NCBI RefSeq assembly: GCF_041956535.1
Contig: NW_027192205.1
Coordinates: forward strand, 310,085-374,084
Length of the DNA stretch: 64,000 nucleotides
Reading direction: 5' to 3'
Origin: Calcarisporiella thermophila CBS 279.70
Lineage: Eukaryota; Fungi; Calcarisporiellomycota
The position numbers were made by a program, and so were the translations under genes. The notes under the pieces were generated by a model, which made no database searches, had not been told where the DNA came from, and worked only from the letters and a program-made list of their open reading frames with translations. Positions 27,125-38,918 of the stretch are shown here, one piece after another (position 1 is the stretch's first letter; every line of letters begins with the position of its first letter).

Positions 27125-29303
27125 ATGTTTTCCTCCTTCCGACGGCGAATCCCTGCCAACTTTTACCCATTAGGTTACATTAATTCATCCACATCAACAG
27201 AAAGTCTCCAGACATTTCTCTCTCCCGACGCTGTAGTGCAAGAGGAAGCAGACTCCTCTCATTTACTTGAAGGCTTTGCAGAGGCTGACGACCGTAGTTT
27301 GAAGGAGGATCTACGAAAGAGTGACCTCCGAATAATTACTCACATAAGCCTCTGGTTAGCAATCATTTACGGACTCCAAATTGCATTAAGAGCTGTAGAA
27401 ATATGGGGGTTAGGTAAAACCACTCATTTCACTTCGAGATATTGCGCAAAGTCTCACTCACACTTTCCATATTTCATTTGTATAGCATTTTTGGATGGCA
27501 AGGGTATGTACTTTTTTTGATGTTTACTCATACTCATGGTAAAAGAGTAACTGGGGGATATTGTACGATTAGAGCTCGCAGCCGCTTCAGCTGCTAGTGT
27601 GTATATGATGGTAATATCCTAAATTTTTATGGATCATTCAAACAGCTTGGTTTAATATGTTTACCATTTTCAGATCACGGGCCTAGCGCTAGGATGGGGG
27701 CTTTCTTCGTGTAATATTTTTGAGCTCTCTCCACACTTCCATATGCCTGTGTTTGAACTCTTATTTATTTTCTTAAATATTTAGTCTTGGACTCAACTGC
27801 ACCTCAAGCTTTTGCCTGGTCTAATCCAAGAGAACTGAATACAATTCTCCAAAGAACGGCCGTAATAACGATCGGATTCTCTATCTTTCCGATATCCTTC
27901 TTATGGTCAATATTGCGAAAATGTCACAATATGATAGTAAAGTAAACTGATCATATATCGGAATATCCCTTAATAGGCTTCGTGCTGAATCTCTGCTAGA
28001 AAAGTTTGGACAAGAACAGCGCATAGCCCGGCTTGCCCAGCTGTATATTTATTTCGCATGGCCTGGGTTATTACCAAGCCTATTGTATGTATGTGTAAGG
28101 AAATACATGCAAGTAAATGGTATGAAGCCGCACCTTTTTACATCTTGCCTTCCTTTCATATGTATTAATCACAATTTGAACACCAGGGATGATCAGGGAA
28201 ATCGCATTTATTGTTGCCTCATCTATCCCCCTCAGCTTGCTTGTGAATTTTGTGTTTGTACGATTGTTCCGCTTACATATTATTGGGTCAGCTCTTTCAA
28301 ACTCGCTGATTAATTGGTATCCAGGGTCTATCCACTATTGTCTGTTCAATGACTATGCTAACCATTCGCTTAACCACAGGTATTTGCTACTGCTAAGTAT
28401 TTATATAACAAAGCGCAATGCGGGGAAAGCTCAAGAATTTTCCCTGGTATGGAGTGCCAACTGGAAGGAAAAATTAAATATTCGCAGTACTTGGAACCTG
28501 CTGAAGCTTGGACTCCCTGGGATGGTGGGAACAATTGCGGATTTCCCTTTAGAGATACTCACTTTTTTCACCGGTATATTTGGAAAGAACGCGGTAGCTG
28601 CTCAGGTATAATTTACTTTCAGCTGTGGACATTTTCAGGTTTCACACTACAACATTTTTATATGTTATCCATAGCTTATCTCCATGGCAGTAGTATCTTT
28701 TTGTATGATAATCCCCTCCTCACTGGCTATTGCCTCCACTCTGCTTATCAGTGGCCATCTTGGATTACAGTCACCTATCCGCGCTCGCAAAATAGCACGA
28801 TTGAGCTTAGCATTATCACTACTATACGCATCTCTTAGTGCGCTGGCTATTGCGTTTTGGGGATTTGTTGTGAGAACCTATGGGACCAAGAACAATTTGT
28901 ATTTAATCTTGGGCGAGGTAACTCCACCGGTTGCATTGACGCAATTTTTCTGGGTGAGCTGCTTGACTTCGACATAGTTTCATTAAAAGTCAACTCATGT
29001 CAAGTGTTTGGATATACCTAGAGTCTTTCTGTCGTTTGGTCGGGAATCCTTTACGGTTGCGGGAAACAGCTCAGTGTTGCAGTCATCCGGATACTTTGCC
29101 ACTGCGTCATAGGAGTGTTCCTTGGGCTTTTACTTGCCTTTGAATTGAATTGGAATTTAGTTGGCCTTCCTGGAATTTGGACTGGTGTTGCCCTGGGCAT
29201 TGGAGCATCCGGATGCCTTCTTCTGGTGCGCATACTCTTCCTTGACTGGACTAAGGAAGCCGCTTCCATTCAGAAGAGGATAAAGGACCTTATGAAAAAC
29301 TAG
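27125..29303 (+). CDS. MATE-family multidrug/toxin efflux protein
   Basis: Spliced product has ELAAAS...GWGLSS.LDSTAPQAF, ILQR, RKYMQVNG, LKLGLPG...E, GILYGCGKQ and GLPGIWTG motifs. Many short exons, including an 18-nt micro-exon near 27487-27504. Confidence 0.88.
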
Positions 29304-29763
29304 TAAGTGGAGCAGTAACACACGTAGATGATTATGTTCTATATACCACTTTATATTCCCCCCCCCCCCTCCTCTGTCCCCTAAACTCCCCTCTTTTATC
29401 AACCACTTGTTTTTCCTATAAATTATCTCTCTTTTTTGACAAGGCCATTATCTCCCTTAAACTGAGACAGAAGGTTTCACGTTTGACCAAAGAAAACAAC
29501 TAGTCATTTAACAAATGGTATATACAAAACTCACATAAACTAACAGATATCGTGACTCAGAGCAAACAAAAACCAACACAAGACAAGAGCAAGGTTACTT
29601 TACAAGGTAATGGGCAGTTAAGAATAAATACAACCACAAGACACAAAAATATAGAGGAAGGATACTTTTCCGGCAAATCAAATACAACAGCGGAAGGGAT
29701 AAACATACACATACAGACATATAGAGTGAGATATCTTACTAGCCGCATATAACTTCGCGGCTT

Positions 29764-31077
29764 CTATTCCGTCCAAACCACCGAGTAATCTCTTCCTCCA
29801 AAGGTGACCATGCGGGGAAGAGAGGTCTCGTGGGAGGGCCGAAATGGGCGCCGGCCATCATCCTGCGAGAGGCGTTGCAGCAGCACAGTGGCAGTCATGG
29901 TGTCAGCAATATCCTTGGGTATATCTCGTTCTCCCTCGCCTGCCAGCGGCTGAGAAACCTGGGACCTTTCGGCGGGAACAAACATGACTGCGGGACGGCT
30001 CCTGCAGACTAACGGATGCGAAATGGTGATAGGCTTATGGGGTGGGGAAGGCGAAGGGGTGATTAGGCTTCTACTCATAGGCCCATCGGCACTTGAGTGA
30101 GAAGTGTGAGATCCTCTGGAGGAAGGAGAGGCTGGCCCCCAGCTCCGAGTTGGTTCTGGCGTTTTGTAATCGTCCGAGTCGTTAAGGAGAAACTCCATTC
30201 CGCGGGGAGATGTGGGCTTGTGCTTCTTTGCCCCTGGTGGAGAGAGGATTGGGGACGTAAGACGATGGGCAGGGTAAGGAGACTTGGGCTGAGGAAGAGA
30301 CGGGAGCTGGAGCGGAGGGAGTTGAGTGGTATGCAGAGGAGGAGGGAGATGAGGCTTTCTACGTCTCTGCGCTCGGGAGTTGTCTTCAATCCAGGAAGAG
30401 AGGGGTGGCCGAAAGAGTGCAATGTTATTACGCTGCATGCACAACGTTCTGGCATAGGGGGAGCGGCGGCGTTTTCCAACTCGATGGCCGTTTGTCGGCA
30501 TGGACGGCTTAAGAAGAAGACACCCAAACCCTGGCTGAGATGGGTGCAAGCATTCGCTGGGAAATTCAGAGCCAAATAGAGGCACCAGGCCGTGTCGAAT
30601 GGCGTAGCAAGTGCGAATCGCCAGCACGCGGGCATGGTCGTAGGGGATCCTATGAAAGAAAGTTAATCAACATCTTAAATACGCAAGTCTTCAAAATTCA
30701 TACCAGGTGCCCTGGATCTTGAGAAAACCGCCGCGTATCTTCTTTGCCTGCAGTTCCGGGTTCGAATCGATCACCTTGACGATATCGGCCTTGGAGAGCC
30801 CAATGAGTTTCCATATGCTGGTGAAGTGCACTTCGCCCGTTTCGCGGTCCCACATAATTGGCTGAGCCGATGCACATGGGCCATCAAGGATGTATTCATA
30901 GACTAGAAAGTGGGTAAGGATCAGATTTATCCGCTAGCGCGCCTTTGCGGTAAAATGATTACCAGGCATATAGCCACGGGAATCCAGGCTTGTTGCGTAC
31001 TTGACACTCTTCACCTTGAATTCTGAGGGGTGAGGACGGAAGCGCGGAGGGTCGATATCGCTCGTGGAGGGTTCCAT
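29764..31077 (-). CDS. KilA-N/APSES transcription factor (Xbp1-like)
   Basis: Start at 31077 (MEPSTSD...). Spliced KYATSLDSRGYMPVYEY...IMWDRETGEVHFTSIWK...KKIRGGFLKIQGTWIPY...TCYAIRHGLVPLFG, followed by a Pro/Ser-rich tail. Confidence 0.88.
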
Positions 31078-31087
31078 TAATGTCGGT

Positions 31088-31476
31088 CTTAAAGAATGGG
31101 AGGTGAGAGAGAGAGAGAAAGAATGTAAGTTGACAGATTGGGAGAAGATGTGCAGAGGAACAAAAGCAGCGAGGGAGAGCGAGGGAGAACGAGGGAGAAC
31201 GAGGGAGAACGAGGAAGGGCGAGGAAGGACGAGGAAGAGCGAGAAAGGGCAATGATGAGCAGCAAGATGATATAAGTATTAAATAATATGATGGGAATAA
31301 AGTTAGTTTCAGATGGTCGTGTGTCACCAAGAGGGGGGGGAAGGGGTTAGGTTGTGAAACAGCAAAAACGGGATTAGGAGTAGAAAGGAAGTAGTAGAAG
31401 GCTGTTTGCAGATCAAAAGTGCAAAATCGGGTAGAAAAGATGATATGGGAAAACCCAAATGGTCTTTAAAACTTAC
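31088..31476 (-). other. Probable 5'-UTR intron of the Xbp1-like gene
   Basis: CCG|GTAAGT donor, pyrimidine-rich body and TTTAAG acceptor 10 nt before the ATG. The upstream exon has no open frame leading into the CDS. Confidence 0.55.
31171..31250. repeat. Degenerate 10-bp tandem repeat (GAGGGAGAAC-like x8)
   Basis: GAGGGAGAGC, GAGGGAGAAC x3, GAGGAAGGGC, GAGGAAGGAC, GAGGAAGAGC, GAGAAAGGGC. Confidence 0.9.
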
Positions 31477-33329
31477 CGGTGTCTCTATTTAGATTATGTA
31501 TTTTGCTTCGATGCTTAGTAAATCAACTCTCCTTAGTGCTCACACGCCTTGATTTTATGATAGATGGGATTGCGAAAGGGGGGACTGGGTTATGTAAGCG
31601 ATGTCCCAAGAGTGTTTCGACCAGGACAGCCTTTCTAGGTGATGAACGCCTTACGCTGGGAGACTGAGAAATATGGGGACGTGAAACAAAAAAGTGCAGT
31701 GGAAGCTTATGAAATACGACATAGAAGGGGGAGAAGAGGAGGAAAAAAAAAAGATGCGGGGAGGCTGATATTTATAAGAGATAAGGGATAGTGGCAAACT
31801 TGCGCGGAAAAACAATCCAACCTAAATCTGCTTGACAAGGGGACAGGGGGAAGGCGTGCCCTAAACAGCGGAGAGATCACCGGAATAGTTCTTTTTTTTA
31901 AAAAAGAACAAGGGCCGCAGTGCGTTCATGACAAAAGGGAAAGAAAAAACCGTAAAGAGATCATACTTTTTCAACCTGTGACTCATTGCCCTGAATCTTA
32001 TTTTATTCAACCGAAGGAGAGAACTACCCAAGGACTTGGAATGGGTGGCCCCAGTGGAAGTTATGCGGCTTTCTTTTCCCTTCTTTTCCCTTGTCATATG
32101 GTGCCAAAAAAGTATTATCTAATAGGCGCAAGCCTCCACCCTCCTGGCCTCTCTGGCGGCTGCCAGCGGGGTTCTCAGGCCATCTCTGGTGGCAAAAAAA
32201 AGAACCTAGCGCAATAAACTCTAACTCTTGAGGAGAGGGTTAGTCTCGTGATCCATTGTCATGGCGGTGGCCCTGGTTATCTGCTTGTCGGATTCGAGAG
32301 ATCATCCTAGTCTCAACAATGCTCCACAGCAGCCCCAGATCTGGAGTCTCTGGCCTATTTATAACTCCGGCCCAGGGCCGCTTTCTCTCCACCATTGCTC
32401 CTTCGCTGAGAACCGGCTGGCCGCCGCCAGCCGAGAAGTCTGCTCCTCCTCCTCCTCCCCTCTGCTTTGGCGCTCAGCCCCAATGGAGGGGTGCAGTATT
32501 GTCGGGGGCCTCCCATCGAGCAGGAAATAAATGCCGCACCGATGCCACCGCAGGCGCCCCGCCTGTCTCGATGTAGGAAATCGCGTCGTCACTTCCATGA
32601 TCCGGCACCTGATCACGATTTAAATCAAGGTTCGAGTGATCTCTCCACCACTTTGGCCCGATTATTGTTTTTATTCGGTGTTGTTTGTTTTTTCCTGGTG
32701 ACAAACGCCAGCGCTGAGATCGATAGTGTATGCAGCTGGAATTTCTCCTAGCCAACAGACGGAGCGAGCAGGACCGGGCCCATTCAGAGTAAGGATCATC
32801 GCTGTGGAGAATTTTCCCGCTCGCGCCTTTTCAGGGAACTGGGAGAATGGGGCCGGCATCGTCTCGCTTTCGTCCATTTTCCACCCATTCCTGCGTTTTC
32901 CCCCGTGACCGGAAGGTTTTTTTTTCCAATTTTTTTCCAGTGTTTTCTGACAGCAATCCCATACCGTTTGACATCGGCACGTCGTCTGAATCCGCGCTGA
33001 GGATTCCTGAGAGGCCGATTTCGGAGACAAAATAAAGACTGACAAAGAGGAGGAAAATAGGCGATCACCCGCCCTTTCTAGGAAATATCACATTCCTCCG
33101 AAACACCCTTTTATAAATACCCTCTCATACCTTGCGCACTGCTTTTTTTCTTTTTCCCTTCTTCCTTCAACTACTCTTCTTTTCATACCTATCCAAACTC
33201 TTCAGAGGACTATATTCAACCCACCCCTACTTGCTACCCCCACCCGTCATTACTCTTTGTATTAACCATTCCCCCCCCCCTTCTTCATTTATTGAGAACA
33301 TATCCCTTTTGCATTTAAATTAACTTAAG

Positions 33330-34104
33330 ATGAAATTCTCCATTAATCGCGTCTTTATACTCGCTGCTCTCCTGGCGGTGGGTGTTGGTAAGTGTTTGAA
33401 TGCTACTGCTTTTCTTTGTCGTCATCACTCCAACCCTCTCCCTTCCCCCCCATAATCCTACAGCCGCTCAAGAGAAGAATGATATGCTGGTCAGTATCAC
33501 GATTCGCCCTGCAAATGGCGAGAAGTTTTCACCAGAGCAGATGGACAAAGCCAAAGAATCGGTGCAGAAAGCACTGAGCGAAAATGGGGAGAAGAAAGTG
33601 GCGGTGCAGGGCGACACGTTCACCGTCCAGTCCTCCCTTGATAACCTTCCAAGTGCTCTCGCCAGCTGGGCCCAGGACTACGTCGTCCACAGGGCTGAAG
33701 CCAAGGCAGTGCCCGAAAAGGACCTCAAACTTCAAAAGGCAGAGACCATGGAGAAGAAGAAGAAAGAAGACGACAAACAATTGGCCTCCCAAGCTACCCC
33801 AGGCGTCTCCGACGCGACAGCGACGGCCACTGCCCCCGTCACTGCTACCGCTGCAGCAACGGATTCCGTGGGAAGCATGTCCATGAGCATGTCCGAATCC
33901 AACATGATGACATCCATGGTGAGCACATCAAGTATGATGATTCCCTCATCTATGATGCCCTCTATCTCGATGACTATGTCCGGCTCCCGCGTCATGTCGC
34001 CCACCGCAAGGCCATCGGTGGCAGGTGGGGTGCGTTCCTTTGCCCCCCACGGTATCGCTGCCATGGCACTTGGTGTCGTCGCTGGCTTCTTTGTATCAAT
34101 CTAG
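33330..34104 (+). CDS. Secreted, probably GPI-anchored cell-surface protein with Thr/Ala- and Ser/Met-rich stalk
   Basis: Exon 1 signal peptide MKFSINRVFILAALLAVGV, one GT-AG intron, a small globular region, a low-complexity stalk and a hydrophobic C-terminus (GIAAMALGVVAGFFVSI). Confidence 0.75.
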
Positions 34105-34826
34105 ACTCGAGACGCACTGTATTTTGACAGTGACACTTCTATGGACCTCTTTTGTTACTCCCATTTCGCACTCTCTTCTTAAACAAGTCTTTATTTTTAG
34201 ATTGGAAATAAACAAAAATACAGTATGAAAAATAAAGAAATATTGGATATTTTCATTAGAATAATAAATCTATTAAGTTAGGCTTTGTATAGAGGATGAG
34301 TGATAAATAGTTGCTAATTTTCAGGTCGACCATCGCGCCTTTTATTTTTTGATTTACTCCTCTAAGCAAACAATGAAATATCGTGATGGCCAAGAAACCA
34401 TATTCAAGTTTTGATTTGGGGGTATACGCTCAACTAATTTGCGAGAGATGCCCGTGCACGTGAGATTAACCAAGGTTTTACAGGGCAATTCATTACTATA
34501 TCTAGTGTACACGAAATCCCATCTATTTCCCAAGTATCAACTCTATTTTCAAGGTCAACGTGATTTTATCATATACAGTGCGGATAACATCATCTTGAAA
34601 TTTTATTACTCCCCCACCACATTATATAATTGAAAACCACAAACAGATATCACTACACATAACAGATAGCTCAATAGTATTTTTAGAATTTGGTGGACAG
34701 TTAGCTTGGGAGTCGGATGCAAATAAAAGAAAAAAGAATAAAATGGATCTGATAACCTGAAAAAAAAAATTAGGAAAAATTATTTTCCAAAATTATACGG
34801 GGAGCCCGTTAGTCAGTGTGCCAATT

Positions 34827-36681
34827 TCACAGGGCGGGATACTCATCCTCTAGATCGGCTATGTCGAAGCCCGAGTCGTTATCTTTAGCGTTTTCCGTCG
34901 GGACAATATGAATGCTATCGCCCGTGTCGCCTCCATTGTCTCCACCACTGACCACAATGGTCGTATCGCCAGATCCGTTATCCGTCATCCCAGATCTACC
35001 ACCCATCGTTGCATTAATTCTCGGGGGATGTCCGCAGCGATCTTTTCCAAAGTTAACGCGACACAGTCGGTAGTCTTCTCGCACGCGTATCCCCTCAACT
35101 GCTTTGATCGCAGAGGCAATCGAAGTAAAGTTGACAAACGCGCAATTCTTCTCCCTCAAGATATTGACCAATTCCACCTCGCCAAACTCGCCAAAATCCT
35201 CCCGCAGTTTTGCTTCAGTCACCAGCGCAGGATCGATGCCACCCACGTAGACATTGCGTGTCGCCCCCTGTTGCTGTATGGCAGTAGCAATGGCAGTAGG
35301 AAGTGGCGAGGGTTTACCCCACCCAGGCCGAAGACGGCGACCATGCAATACCACCCCATTGTCATTGGCATGCTGGTAAAAGACAGCAGCACTCGACGGC
35401 TCAATGAAGGTCACAAAGGCAATGTGCTTATCTGGCAAGTATCGCATCTGTTGCAGAATTCCTCCGCGAATCACATTGCATAGGTCCTCCATGGTCGACT
35501 CTGGATGTACATTCCCTAAATATACTGTGCGCTGAGCCATAGGCTCCATTGCAGCAGTCAATGACTCTGCACTAACGCTGGACCCACGGCCAGCGTCAGA
35601 ACCTTGACCACCTCCAGTTGCACCTCCCATAGTGTAAGGATCAAATCCAGCCCCAAACATGTATGGATTTGCATAGCCACTCATGGCGTTCCATGCAGGA
35701 GTCGAGGTCCCCGAACCCGAAGTTTGCCCAGCAACTTTAGGCGCAAAGGCGCAGCGATCTTTGCCATAGTTAATGCGACGGCCGGACCATTCTGGATCTG
35801 TTGGAAGCGTACTCACACACTTCACAGCATCTATGATGCGCAAGAAATGAACGAACGCAATATTTTTTTCCCGAAGGATTTTGATCATGTCGATGGCACC
35901 GAACTTGCCAAGGTCATTATGGAGCTTTTCTTCGGTCACGTTCTCATCTAGTCCACCCAGATACACATTGCGGGTCGCACCATTCTGTACTGCCACCGCA
36001 ACCGTCGGGGGAACGGCTGAGGATTTACCCCATCCAACTTTAATCTCTTGTCCATGAAGTGTAAGCTTAGATTGCTGCGATTCCTGGTAGAATGCGAGGG
36101 CAGATTGAACGGTCAAGAAAGAGATAAAGACACAGTTCTTTTCGGGCAACATGCGCATCGACTCGATAGGACCACTTCGCACGTGATCCAGAATATCGCT
36201 TGCTTGCGCCTCTGCCGGAACATTCCCAAGATACACGGTACGGCATGGGATATTTCCACCACTACCAGCTTGAGAATATTGGGATGCACCATAGCCATAA
36301 CCTGCTCCATAAGCAGCATACTGTGAATTCATAGATCGCATTGCCGCTTGATACTGGCTCATATTTGCGTATTGTGCCGCACCAGAATAGGGAAAAGAGC
36401 CTAAAAAAGCAAGCGAGTTAGCGAAAAAAACTTACTATTAGGAGTGAGCGTTTACCAGTATAAGAGCCAGTGTATCCAGCGTAGCCGGTGCCACCTGCAG
36501 CTGCCTGTGAATACTGGGCCATCATTCCAGGCATCTGAGAATATTGGGCGTACATATCGTTCATGCTCATACCACCAGCCCCTCCACCCGACATGGAATA
36601 ATTTCCATAGCCAGATTGAGAATACCTAGGCTTTTTGTAGTTATCTTGGCCTTGGCCAACATATTCATTGCTACGCTTCAT
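34827..36681 (-). CDS. Four-RRM RNA-binding protein (S. pombe Nrd1 / S. cerevisiae Mrn1 family)
   Basis: Repeated RTVYLGN and ATRNVYLG/ATRNVYVG RRM pairs with KVGWGK and YGKDRC/FGKDRC motifs; Y/G/Q/S/M-rich N-terminus; one intron. Confidence 0.9.
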
Positions 36682-37356
36682 GGTGGACGATACTTGCAAA
36701 ATTGCAAATCACGATCGATTAACTTGCGCTATTGAGATCAAAAAGAAATTAGCTACCCCATCAATGGTCGAAGCCATCAATCAAATCATCAAATTTGAAA
36801 TATAAATAAAAATCAATGGAAAATTACCGAGAAGGAAATTAATGTTCAAAATAAAAGAACCCGTATTAAAAATGTTAAAGAAACGGTTCCGCAAAGGTCT
36901 ATATAAAATGAAGAAGGCAAGAAAATAAATAAAACACAGTATAAATATGCATCGACGATCCGAGCCAAAGGATCCGGACTCCTTAATATATGGTGCAAAA
37001 TGCAAAGAAACTTGAGAAGCAAGACATTATACCGTAAAAAAAATGGAGATAATAAGAAAAACCGAAAATTTCTCTAGAATTTCTAAATGAAATATAAAAT
37101 GGTAAAAAAGTGCAATGAAACATTACATGTTTAAAGAAAATATTCGCTTAAGGATGCAGAAGATCATGTTACTTACATTTTCGCTGATGATATTTTGTCG
37201 CATAAAGTATCAATTTGTAACAACTGATGGCCTTCCCTGTCTTTGTAGATGATGAGAAGAGTGCTCTTGTTTTCGTATGTGGTAATTGTGGCGCAGCAAT
37301 TTTCTTGCCTAGCTTTCTAAAGTGCAATATCAATAATATTCTATACTAATACGCAA

Positions 37357-38810
37357 ATGCAGAGATCCAAACCAATTGAAATCAATTCTTCATCGGTAGG
37401 TTGATAAATTCTATTTTATTTTGAGTACTCCTAATCTTTGCTCACGTTGAAAACATACCTGCAGTTGGTAGATCTACGAGCAGAACTAGTCAAAGCTTCG
37501 GAGGAACAAAAGAGACGCAGAATAACTACAAATGGGGCCTCTTCATACAAGAAAGATGTTCCGCGATCTCGCTCCTCATCGGGAAAACCGGGTGTAAAAG
37601 AATGGGCTCGTCGCAATAGGGGTGTTGAGTCTCGCGCACAGCGTGATTATTCACTACGGGAGCCCGATGAAGAAGATTACATAGAAAAAAGTAGATTGGC
37701 ACTTGAGCGCAAATCCAAAATTTATGAGAAAATGAGCCAAATGGAGGGTAGGGCTTTAAGATATGTCTATATTTATATTCGAAGGGTACCTCATTTTTTA
37801 AAATTTAATTATAGATTTGCCTGAAAATGCTGCAGAAGAACTCCTAGTAGATTTCGAGCGTAAAATGTGGGAACAGGATGATACTATCAATGATTTGGAG
37901 AACGCTAGGGATAATGTAAGATATACTCTTTATATACCATCGAATAGGTGCTAAACTTTGAACACAGGACGAGGAAGCTGATCCCTTGGTTGAGTATCAA
38001 GATGAATTTGGGCGTACTCGAAAAATCCGTAAATCCCAAGTGCCAAAAGAGCAATCGCCATCTTTAGCGTCAGTGTTGCTGCTATTTATTCTTTTCGTTT
38101 TTAGATTATCTAAAATATCCCATACCTTTGCATTTTAGGCCAATCTATGGAGATGTACAACAGTATCCAGTGTACACCGTTCAAGATAGCGACCGAAGGC
38201 CTCCATCGAAATTGGATGTTGAAGATATAGGTATTATAATATTTGAAGTTGCAAAGTCTTCGGCCTCTCTTAACTTTTCTCCTTTGACTAACATAGTTGG
38301 CCCAATTCACTACGATGATACCAAAGGTGCTTGATAATACTATAATTGAATTTAAGATTTTATATTAATGTAGCAATTTTTGAAATAGAAATCCGCACAA
38401 AGGGTGTGAGTTACTACAAATTCTCGGCTGATGAGGAGGAAAGGCAAAGACAAATGGAGGAGCTAAAAAAGCTTAGAACTGAGGTAATTTATTGAAATAA
38501 TCGTCTATATTCTAGTATGATTGATCGACCATTTCTCTAAATTCTATGTTGCTCATTATAATTTTAGACGGAGCAACTCAGAGAGCGGCATCAAACTGTT
38601 AAGGATAAGCGTAGGATACAGATGGAAGCGCGTGCAGAATTAATACGTAAAAAAAGACTTAAAATAGGAATAGGAGATTGCTCTAGCGCAACCGAATGCA
38701 ACAAAATACCTAATGATATGACCAGTTCTGCAAACAAAGTTAACAAAGAGTTGACGGAAGAGGACCTAGATGCACTTCTTAATTCTATTCGGGAAAAAAG
38801 CAGAAAGTAG
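37357..38810 (+). CDS. CCDC174: CCDC174 / DUF4078-family protein
   Basis: INSSS|LVDLRAEL, NRGVESRAQRD, SRLALERKSKIYEKM, LLVDFERK, VEYQDEFGRTR, HYDDTKEIRTKGVSYYKFS..EEERQRQM. Confidence 0.85.
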
Positions 38811-38918
38811 TAGTCAAGCATACATTTTGTAACATAGTTTTTTTTGATTTTATTAATGCACTGTATATCGTAAATATAATTAAAGCGATAAAGAATCAAG
38901 ATTGAATAAAAATGAAAA

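Noticed and set aside
25711-28330. U12-type introns at GTATCC sequences in the ZIP and MATE genes
   Set aside because: They read GTATCCAC and GTATCCAG, not GTATCCTT, and there is no TCCTTAAC branch site. The ZIP intron actually needs the upstream GTACGT donor.
30758-30770. tRNA T-loop-like GGGTTCGAATC
   Set aside because: It lies inside the Xbp1-like coding exon on the opposite strand and has no cloverleaf around it.
31861-33068. Cluster of 60-124 aa ORFs between the Xbp1-like and GPI genes
   Set aside because: No recognisable motifs or consistent exon structure; the region looks like a GC-rich divergent promoter.
37120-37350. Small spliced ORF (…LVFVCGNC…) or C/D snoRNA (TGATGA…CTGA) between Nrd1-like and CCDC174
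   Set aside because: I could not build an in-frame model with a start codon. The box spacing is too short and there is no terminal stem or recognisable guide.
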